The notes below the pieces were generated by a model. That model saw nothing but the letters and a program-made list of their open reading frames with translations. It was not told where the DNA came from and did no database searches. A stretch of 55,682 bases of DNA from Alphaproteobacteria bacterium (lineage in GTDB: Bacteria > Pseudomonadota > Alphaproteobacteria > ATCC43930 > CGMCC-115725): assembly GCA_030042035.1 (NCBI GenBank), contig JASIAN010000067.1:1-55682 (forward strand), written 5' to 3'. The position numbers were made by a program, and so were the translations under genes. Shown here in pieces: positions 8,604 to 15,788 of the stretch (its first letter is position 1; every line of letters begins with the position of its first letter).

Positions 8604-9837
8604 GAGCGCCGATCATGTCGGTAATGAACCGCCAGGCCGCGGCGATGCCGAAGCCGCGGCGATGAAAGCGGACCTCGGCGAGCCGGCCGATATTGCAGAA
8701 ACCGGCGGCGTTCTTCGCCGCCGTCGGCGGCAGCGCGACCTCGACGCTGATCTGACCGCCGCCCGGATCGGGGATGTGCGCGGCAAGGAGACGCGTGTCA
8801 TCACGCGCCGCCGAGCCGCGTACGTGTCCCACAATGCCCTGCAACCAATGGTTGGTTCCATAAAGGCGGACCATCACCGGATCGCCGGTCCTCATCGTCC
8901 CGAAGTCCCGTTCGGGTACCTGCACCACGACAAAACGCCTCTGGCAATCGGCGAGGTCCATGATCGGTTGGCCTTCCGTGACGGCGGAACCCGGGCTTGC
9001 CAGCACAGACCAGACGACATAGCCGGCGGGAAGCGCCAGCGCGTAGCTGGAAAGCTGCGCGATGCGTTGGCGCTCCGCCGCACTCTCCGCCGCAAGCTGC
9101 GCGAGGCGCGAGCGGGCATCGAGCAAGGTTGCCTGCAGCTCCTGGCGACGCAGCAGCAGCCGATCGCGTTCCTGCGCCGTATAGGGCGTGTCGTTGAACC
9201 CATCCTCGAGGAAGATCCCGACGCGCGCCGCCGCGGCTTCCGCCTTGAGCCGCCCGATCTGGGCGATGATCGCCCGGCAGCGCGCCAACGTGCTGGCATG
9301 CGTGGCAGCGATATTGTCGAGGCGCTGCGGTGAGATCACGCCGGCCTTGGCGAGCAGGTCGGCGCGCGCCAGCGCCTTTGCCTGTTGCTGTTCGTCGGCA
9401 TCGCAGCCGGCCAGATTGGCGGTGGTCTCATCACTCTCGTATGCAAGCCGGGCCAGCACCGCTTCGCGGTAGCGTGCGGTCTCCTCTGCGAGCCTGCGGT
9501 CGGCGGCCTTCACCTGCGCGAGCTGCGCCTCAACCAAGGCGGCTTGCGCCTCTGCCGTTGCGTATTGCTGCTGCAGCCGCACGAGGGTGCGGCGGTCCGG
9601 CGGCAACGCCTCGATCAGCCTCGTCTTCGTCGTCCCGTCCATCAGCGCACCCTTGGCGGGCAGATCATGGGCAACTTCGCCGCTGATCGGCGCGGTGACC
9701 CGCAGGAGTTCGGCATTGACGAAGGCGGAGCTGGCGACGTGATAGGCAAGATAAGGGAAGAATGCCCAGAGCGCTGTTGCCAGCAATACAGAGGCGAGTG
9801 ACAGCCGCACAAGACGGCTGCGAACGAACTTTTCCAT
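8560..9837 (-). CDS. HlyD-family membrane-fusion (periplasmic adaptor) protein
   Basis: N-terminal TM helix (LVRLSLASVLLATALWAFF), barrel-sandwich start VNAELLRVTAPISGEV, a long Ala/Gln/Arg-rich coiled coil, and a C-terminal beta domain. The 3' end overlaps the GT2 start by 44 nt. Confidence 0.85.
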   Translation of the reverse strand: MEKFVRSRLVRLSLASVLLATALWAFFPYLAYHVASSAFVNAELLRVTAPISGEVAHDLPAKGALMDGTTKTRLIEALPPDRRTLVRLQQQYATAEAQAALVEAQLAQVKAADRRLAEETARYREAVLARLAYESDETTANLAGCDADEQQQAKALARADLLAKAGVISPQRLDNIAATHASTLARCRAIIAQIGRLKAEAAAARVGIFLEDGFNDTPYTAQERDRLLLRRQELQATLLDARSRLAQLAAESAAERQRIAQLSSYALALPAGYVVWSVLASPGSAVTEGQPIMDLADCQRRFVVVQVPERDFGTMRTGDPVMVRLYGTNHWLQGIVGHVRGSAARDDTRLLAAHIPDPGGGQISVEVALPPTAAKNAAGFCNIGRLAEVRFHRRGFGIAAAWRFITDMIGAHETRVAGGSSARAG

Positions 9838-9905
9838 CGGCGACTGTCACCACCAATCGGCGCAGAGTGCGCCGCCCGCACGCGCGGATTCTTAATGCGC
9901 GCGCC

Positions 9906-9921
9906 TTAAACCGGGATTAAC
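9906..9921. promoter_or_regulatory. CtrA-type box TTAA-N7-TTAAC upstream of the HlyD-like/GT2-PilZ operon
   Basis: TTAAACCGGGATTAAC lies 69-84 bp upstream of the start at 9837. An extra TTAA at 9892-9895 is preceded by a GANTC (GATTC) site at 9887-9891. Confidence 0.5.
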
Positions 9922-9962
9922 TCAGGTGGTGAGCGAGCCTCGAGCGGCGGCCGCAGCGGCGG

Positions 9963-10148
9963 TCAGCTCTTGCCAATCTTCGCAAAACCATGCTGCTGCC
10001 AACGCCGCTGCGCGATTCGGCGGCACACCGCGCCGAGCAGCAGCGCCGCGGCATCCGAGGTCATCGTCCCGCCGCTGAACGCAGCCACCACCGACCGCCC
10101 ATCAACGCCGGCAACACCCAACAGCTCCGCGCTCCATTCTGTCTGCGT
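9963..10148 (-). pseudogene. Relic of an IS1380-family transposase gene (N-terminal about 60 codons only)
   Basis: The minus-strand translation ...TQTEWSAELLGVAGVDGRSVVAAFSGGTMTSDAAALLLGAVCRRIAQ... matches the conserved IS1380 N-terminus (..GRR.VV..FDGG.ITSDAG.LLLREV.RR..). There is no start codon, the frame stops after 61 residues, and no DDE core follows. Confidence 0.4.
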
Positions 10149-10283
10149 CGGGCTCCCCCGAATCCAACACCAACCGCTGCTCCGATGCACTACCCCCTGT
10201 GAGCAATGCGGGCTAGGGTGACATCGCCGGTCCGGCCGATCGAACCACGGCCCGGCCGCAGCGACGCCGATCCGGTTAATTGC

Positions 10284-10958
10284 ATGCAACCCAGTCTTTT
10301 CAAAAGCGGCGACTTGGCGGGCGAGGGGCTGGCGTGCCGGCGCGGCGACCGCGTGGTATTTGCCCGTCTCGACTTTCGCCTTGCCGCCGGTGACGCGCTG
10401 GTGTTGACCGGGGCAAACGGCAGCGGCAAATCGAGCCTGTTGCGGCTCATGGCCGGATTGCTCGCGCCGGCGGCCGGGCGCCTGTCGTGGGGCGGCCTGC
10501 CGCTCGCACGCGAGCCGGCGGCCTGGCACGCCGCGCTGCATTACGTCGGTCATCTCGACGCGACGAAGCCGGCGCTGACACCGCGTGAAATGCTGGGCTA
10601 CTGGGCGGCGTTGCACAGTCCCGACGACGAACCGGCGATCCCGACAGCGCTCGCTGCGTTCGGCCTCGCTGCCGTTGCCGACTGGCCGTGCCGCTGGCTG
10701 TCGGCCGGGCAGCGGCGACGCCTTGCCCTCGCCCGCCTGCTCGCCGCACCGGCGCCGATCTGGCTGCTCGACGAACCGACCGCGGCGCTCGACAGCGACG
10801 GCGAGGAGCGCCTCGCGGCAGCGATCGCCGAGCATCGCGCCCGCGGCGGCCGCGTCGCGGTCGCGACCCACCAGCCGCTCGACCTCGACGGCGCGCACGA
10901 ACTGAGGCTCGACGCCTACGCCGCATTGCCCGAGGACGCGCTCGTTGCGTCATGGTGA
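10284..10958 (+). CDS. ccmA: Heme exporter ATP-binding protein CcmA
   Basis: Walker A GANGSGKSS, signature LSAGQRRRLALARL and Walker B IWLLDEPTAALD, with ccmB immediately downstream. The start is taken at MQPSLFK, not the upstream ORF-track start. Confidence 0.9.
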   Translation: MQPSLFKSGDLAGEGLACRRGDRVVFARLDFRLAAGDALVLTGANGSGKSSLLRLMAGLLAPAAGRLSWGGLPLAREPAAWHAALHYVGHLDATKPALTPREMLGYWAALHSPDDEPAIPTALAAFGLAAVADWPCRWLSAGQRRRLALARLLAAPAPIWLLDEPTAALDSDGEERLAAAIAEHRARGGRVAVATHQPLDLDGAHELRLDAYAALPEDALVASW

Positions 10959-11623
10959 TGGCGGCGTTTTTCGGGCTGCTCCGCCGCGACGTTCGGCTGT
11001 CGCTGCGGCAAGGCGGCGAACTCGGGCTGGTGCTCGGCTTCTTCGTGCTGACGGTGCTGTTGTTCCCGTTTGGCGTCGGGCCGGAACCGCAGGTGCTCGG
11101 CCGGATCGCCGCCGGGATCATCTGGGCGGCGGCGCTCCTGGCGGCGGTCTTGAGTCTTGACCGCCTGTTCGCCGCCGATTACGCCGATGGCGGGCTCGAC
11201 CTGATCGCGCTGTCGCCGCTGCCGCTGGAGCTGGCGGTGCTCGCCAAGGTCGCGGCGCACTGGCTGACGACAGGGCTGCCGCTCATGCTGTTGAGCCCGC
11301 TGCTCGCCGTATTTGTCGATCTCGACCCGGCCGCGATCCCGATGCTGATGCTGAGCCTCCTCATCGGTACGCCGACGCTGAGCCTGTTGGGCGCGATCGC
11401 GGCGGCGCTGACCCTGGGGGCGCGGCGCGCCGGCGTGCTCGTGGCGCTGCTGGTTCTGCCGCTCTATCTGCCGCCATTGATCTTCGGCACTGCCGCCGTC
11501 GAGGCGGTGCTGACCGGCCAGAGCGCGCGCGGCGACCTCTTGCTGCTCGGCGCAATGACACTGGCGGCGCTACCGCTGGCGCCGTGGGCGACCGCTGCGG
11601 CCGTGCGCCAATCGCTCGAATAG
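10952..11623 (+). CDS. ccmB: Heme exporter permease CcmB
   Basis: MVMAAFFGLLRRDVRLSLRQGGE...LFPFGVGPE...SLDRLFAADYADGGLDLI is typical CcmB. It overlaps ccmA by 7 nt (ATGGTGA). Confidence 0.9.
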   Translation: MVMAAFFGLLRRDVRLSLRQGGELGLVLGFFVLTVLLFPFGVGPEPQVLGRIAAGIIWAAALLAAVLSLDRLFAADYADGGLDLIALSPLPLELAVLAKVAAHWLTTGLPLMLLSPLLAVFVDLDPAAIPMLMLSLLIGTPTLSLLGAIAAALTLGARRAGVLVALLVLPLYLPPLIFGTAAVEAVLTGQSARGDLLLLGAMTLAALPLAPWATAAAVRQSLE

Positions 11624-11780
11624 CGCGTTGCAGCGAGTCGATAAACCAAGCGGGAATTAAATACCTAGCTGCCTCGCTGCTTCGGCGTCTGTAGTGCTGC
11701 GGCCTGCGGAGTCGACTTATGGCGGTTTGCCAGGAGGCCGCATCGCTTCCGGCCGATCGCGCTAATGACACGGTCTCTAG

Positions 11781-12479
11781 TCAGAAATTCTCGACCCAGG
11801 GGCGCAGTTCGATTTCCCAGGCCCAGGCGCTGCGGTGCTGACGGTGCAGGTGGAGATAGGTGTCGGCGATCGCGTCGGGCTCGAGCAGACCGTCGGGGCC
11901 GCGTTCGTTGGCGCGCGGGTCGCCGGCGCGACGGATGCCGCCGTCGATGACGATATGGCCGACATGGATATTCTGCGGCTGCAGTTCGCGCGCGAGAGAC
12001 TGCGCGAGGCCGCGCAGCGCGAACTTGCCCATCGCAAAGGATGACGAGCGCGGGTATCCCTTGACGCTGGCGCTGGCGCCGGTGAACAGGATCGTGCCGT
12101 GGCCCTGCCTTGCCATGCGCATCGCGGCTTGGCGTGCGACGAGAAAGCCGCCGAACGCGGTGACGCGGATCGCCGCCTCGACCGCGGCGGGGTCGAGTTC
12201 GATGATCGGTCCGCGCGCCCGGCCGCTGGCATTGTAGACGACGAGATCGAGGCGGCTGCCGCCCGCGTCGATCGCGGCGAACAGCCGCTCGACGTCCTCG
12301 GCTTGCGTCGCATCGCAGGCCACGGTCTGGGCGCCGGTCTCGCGCGCCAGCGCGGCGAGCTTGCCCACGTCGCGCGCCGCCAGCACCACGGCCATGGCGT
12401 CCTTGGCGCAGCGGCGGGCGAGCGCCGCGCTGAGCCCCGATCCGGCTCCGACAATGACGGCACGCTCCTGGTCTGCCAT
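11781..12479 (-). CDS. Short-chain dehydrogenase/reductase (SDR) family oxidoreductase, atypical catalytic motif
   Basis: Rossmann motif VIVGAGSGLSAALA and NASG. The expected YxxxK reads FAMGK. The start is at MADQERAV (complement of 12477-12479). Confidence 0.8.
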   Translation of the reverse strand: MADQERAVIVGAGSGLSAALARRCAKDAMAVVLAARDVGKLAALARETGAQTVACDATQAEDVERLFAAIDAGGSRLDLVVYNASGRARGPIIELDPAAVEAAIRVTAFGGFLVARQAAMRMARQGHGTILFTGASASVKGYPRSSSFAMGKFALRGLAQSLARELQPQNIHVGHIVIDGGIRRAGDPRANERGPDGLLEPDAIADTYLHLHRQHRSAWAWEIELRPWVENF

Positions 12480-12970
12480 GGCCCATCCCCTTCGATGTCG
12501 CCGGCCGCTGGTCGCCGGCCGAATGCCCTTATCGCGCAAAAGCGACGAGAAACGCCAGCCTCTACCGGCGACGCACCGCCGGCGAGCGGCGCTGCCGGCC
12601 GCGCAGCATCGATCCCGGCGGGACCGTTGAAATCGCCAATATTTGTGAAGATTCCGTAGCACCGAAAATTCAAAGAATTCGTCGTTTTCATTATTTTCGG
12701 CAATAGATAAAAGCCGCCGTGCTTATCGCCCCTCCCTGATCTCGGTCACCCGCACCATCCACAAAAATTCAACTCTCGATACAGTTGACAGATGCATCGG
12801 TGACTGGCTAGGCTCAATACGGAACTTCCCCCTGTCCCAACCCGGGCAGATCATCCATCACAGACCCGGGACGGCACCTGCCTCAGGTCTTCGTCATCAG
12901 AAACGGCGCCCGCTGTCGGGCGGCCGCGACAGAACGCGTGTTTCCCGAAACTACATGGAGACGCCGGCGG

Positions 12971-13699
12971 ATGAGGATGCGAACGACAATCGGCCTGTCG
13001 CTTGCGCTGGCGCTCGTGCCGGCAGTTGCCTCGGCCAAGCAGGGCCATGCCGCCCATCACCACCCTACCCCGAGCGTCAAGGCCCGGCACGTGCAGGCAG
13101 GCAGCGACGTGGGGCGGATCCGGGCAAACCGGCGCCGCCCGGCGCTTGCGCAGGCTGCGCCGCGCCGCCGGTCGCACGACGTGGCGCATCACGCGATTGC
13201 CCGCCGCGAGCATCATGCCGCCGGTCACGTCATTGCCGGCCGCGCAGTACGGCATTGGCACCACCGGCGCGATTTCGGCAGGCTGGCGCCCGAGGACCGC
13301 TATGTCGGACCGCTGCGGGCGATCGGGCCGCGCGAGGTCGGCAAGGCCGCATGGTACGGCCCCAGGTTTCTCGGCGGGCGCACGGCGAGCGGCGAACGGC
13401 TCGACTCGATCCATGCAACCGCGGCCCATCGCTGGCTGCCGCTGCATTCGCTGGTCCGCATCACAAACCTGGAAAACGGCCGCACGACGGTGGCAGAGAT
13501 CAACGACCGCGGACCCGTCAGCCATTCGCTGCTGATCGATCTGTCGCCACGCACGGCGCGGGAACTCGACATAATCCACCGGGGCGTCGCACCCGTCGTC
13601 GTCGTGCCGGTCGTGGCAATCCGAAAGGCGGCCGCGGTAGCGTTCCCCGCTCACCGGCATTCCGGCGTCGCCCGCCGCAACGCACAGCCGCGCAGATAG
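12971..13699 (+). CDS. RlpA-like septal-ring lytic transglycosylase family protein (DPBB domain) with a His/Arg-rich N-terminal region
   Basis: Signal peptide MRMRTTIGLSLALALVPAVASA. DPBB core GKAAWYGPRFLGGRTASGERLDSIHATAAHRWLPLHSLVRITNLENGRTTVAEINDRGP. The start among M1/M12/M14 is uncertain. Confidence 0.8.
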   Translation: MRMRTTIGLSLALALVPAVASAKQGHAAHHHPTPSVKARHVQAGSDVGRIRANRRRPALAQAAPRRRSHDVAHHAIARREHHAAGHVIAGRAVRHWHHRRDFGRLAPEDRYVGPLRAIGPREVGKAAWYGPRFLGGRTASGERLDSIHATAAHRWLPLHSLVRITNLENGRTTVAEINDRGPVSHSLLIDLSPRTARELDIIHRGVAPVVVVPVVAIRKAAAVAFPAHRHSGVARRNAQPRR

Positions 13700-13900
13700 A
13701 ACCGGCAGTTTAAAAACCTGTCGCGTTTTTGCAACTGTTGCCTCGTAGTCACAATTGATCTGAAAATCCGGGTGATCGAGCCGCACTCGATTGACTCCGA
13801 ATTGGTGCTCGACTGTATTCTTCGAGACAATCTCTGTGCGGATTGTGACGATCCGAACGTGGCAAGCTGCTGACGGCAACGGAGCAGGACGGGCCCGGCT

Positions 13901-14413
13901 GTGAGCGGCACAATTTCGGGGCGGCCCGCTGGCGGCGGGTTGGTTGGGGGGACAGTGTCTGACACGGCAAATGTGATAGCCTTTCCGCTGTCGGCTCGGG
14001 CGCGGCGAACGGCGGACGCGAAGCCCCGCTCGCCGCGCGGCGAATACGAGTTCACCGAGGCGGAACTCGCCGCTTTGTGCCGCTGGTTCTCGGCGATGAA
14101 ATATGCCTTCCCGGGCACCGAAGGGGTCATGATCGTCAGCCATCAGGACCGCTATTCGGCGGTCGGGCTTTATAACCCGAGGGGCGGCGCGCCGAACTGT
14201 CTGATCGCCAAGCACGAGGTGGGCGGATCGGCCCGCTTCTTCTGGTCCACCGAGGGTGATCCGCCGCGGCCGATCGGCGATCTGGCGGAGATCACTGACG
14301 CGCATATCCGGGCCATCCATCCGCCGCGCAACGAAAAGGGCTGGCTCGATCCGATCGGCTGGATGGGGGTCTATGCCGCCCGCATGATTGCAACCGCCGT
14401 ACAAGTCGTTTGA
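13901..14413 (+). CDS. Hypothetical protein (GTG start)
   Basis: 170-codon ORF with coding-like composition, upstream of the exporter/GT pair on the same strand. I recognise no motif. Confidence 0.45.
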   Translation: MSGTISGRPAGGGLVGGTVSDTANVIAFPLSARARRTADAKPRSPRGEYEFTEAELAALCRWFSAMKYAFPGTEGVMIVSHQDRYSAVGLYNPRGGAPNCLIAKHEVGGSARFFWSTEGDPPRPIGDLAEITDAHIRAIHPPRNEKGWLDPIGWMGVYAARMIATAVQVV

Positions 14414-14607
14414 CGGCGGGTATCCGAACCGGCGCGTTGATGCGCGCTGGACGAGCGAGGTCGCGGACGGCTGTAGAGTGGGGGAGTTCGGCGGGCGAGC
14501 CGGGAACGGCGGGCGACGGCCCAGTGGGTGTGCCCGCATGACGCGCCGGGCGCATCGAGCGGCATCGTGCGGGTCATGTCGAGTGGCTCAGCCGGAGCCG
14601 GAGTGCG

Positions 14608-15765
14608 ATGAGGGCAGCCGCAGTGGTGGGATTGCTGGCCGGTCTACTTGCCGGCTGCTCGGCTCTGCCGACCGCCGGTCCGACCGCCAGCCAGATCGTG
14701 CGGCAGGGGGACGAGAACAGCCGGCCGCGCTTCGACCTCGTCGATATCAACAGCAACGTCGTTGCCGCGCTGCGCGCTACACGGGTCGAGAGTTTCGCCG
14801 CCCGCTTTAAGAAATACGGCAAGCCGCCGCCGCAGCGGATTGCGGTCGGCGACAGCATCGTCGTCTCGATCTGGGAAGCTGCCGGCGGCGGGCTGTTCAG
14901 CGAGGGCGGCGCCAACGGCGACGTCACGTCGGGATCGCGCAACGTCACGATCCCGCAACAGGTGGTCGGTCAGGACGGCGGGATCAGCGTGCCGTTTGCC
15001 GGGCGCATCCCCGTTGCCGGTGTGCTGCCGCTCGAAGCGCAGCGGGCGATCGAGCGGCGCCTCGCCAAAAAGGCAATTGAGCCGCAGGTCATCGTCACGG
15101 TCACGAAGAGCGTCGCCAACAGCGTCACAGTGACGGGCGAGGTCGTGCACGGCGCGCGCCTCCCGCTGTCGGTCAGGGGCGATCGGCTGCTCGACGTCAT
15201 CGCCGAGGCGGGCGGCGCGTCAGGGCGGATTTACGAGACGTTTGTGCGGCTGTCGCGCGGCGGCGTCACCGCGACAATCGCGCTCGAGACCCTGGTTTCG
15301 CACCCCGCCGAGAACATCTATGCGCAACCCGGCGACGTCCTGACGCTGGTCCGCGTGCCGCGCTCGTTCACCGTCCTCGGCGCGACCGGGGTCAACGCCG
15401 ACATCCCGTTCCCTTCCGAACGGCCGACCCTCATCGAGGCGCTGGCCAAGGCGGGCGGGCTGCAGGACCAGCGCTCCGACCCGTCGGGCGTCTTTCTGTT
15501 CCGCTATGAGCCGCCGCGTGTCGTGCGCGCGTTGGGGGAACCGCCGCTCGACACCGGGCCGGACCACAGCACACCCGTCGTCTATCGGCTCGATATGCGC
15601 GACGCCAAATCCTATTTCCTCGCACAGCGGTTTCCGATCCGCGACAAGGACATCATCTACGTCGCCAACGCCGATCTCGATGAATTGCAGAAATTCTTTA
15701 CCCTGCTCAATACCTTGACCGGCCCCGTTCTGACCGGGGTCGTGATCAAGAATACGGTGCCGTAG
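14608..15765 (+). CDS. Polysaccharide export outer-membrane lipoprotein (Wza/KpsD/RkpU-like: Poly_export + SLBB)
   Basis: Lipobox LLAGC at residues 14-18. Poly_export-like IAVGDSIVVSIWE...VVGQDGGISVPFAGRIPVAGVLPLEAQRAIERRL, and an SLBB-like GDVLTLVRVPRSFTVLG. Confidence 0.88.
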   Translation: MRAAAVVGLLAGLLAGCSALPTAGPTASQIVRQGDENSRPRFDLVDINSNVVAALRATRVESFAARFKKYGKPPPQRIAVGDSIVVSIWEAAGGGLFSEGGANGDVTSGSRNVTIPQQVVGQDGGISVPFAGRIPVAGVLPLEAQRAIERRLAKKAIEPQVIVTVTKSVANSVTVTGEVVHGARLPLSVRGDRLLDVIAEAGGASGRIYETFVRLSRGGVTATIALETLVSHPAENIYAQPGDVLTLVRVPRSFTVLGATGVNADIPFPSERPTLIEALAKAGGLQDQRSDPSGVFLFRYEPPRVVRALGEPPLDTGPDHSTPVVYRLDMRDAKSYFLAQRFPIRDKDIIYVANADLDELQKFFTLLNTLTGPVLTGVVIKNTVP

Positions 15766-15788
15766 CGCCGCCGCCCGCGTTTCGGCCG

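Noticed and set aside
6426-8624. 732-aa ORF on the plus strand
   Set aside because: It is exactly antisense to the GT2-PilZ gene. Its product is Arg/Ala/Gly/His-rich with no motif, a typical shadow ORF of very GC-rich DNA. The minus-strand frame carries unmistakable GT2 and PilZ signatures.
10688-10951. Upstream extension of the ccmB ORF, and the 9963-10898 minus-strand ORF
   Set aside because: The extension overlaps ccmA in another frame with an Arg/Ala/Pro-rich product. ccmB starts at the ATGGTGA overlap. Only the last 61 codons or so of the minus-strand ORF (the IS1380-like relic) look meaningful.
12851-14539. 562-aa minus-strand ORF
   Set aside because: It spans the RlpA-like gene, an intergenic region and the hypothetical gene in antisense. 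It has no motifs and is Arg/Pro-rich.
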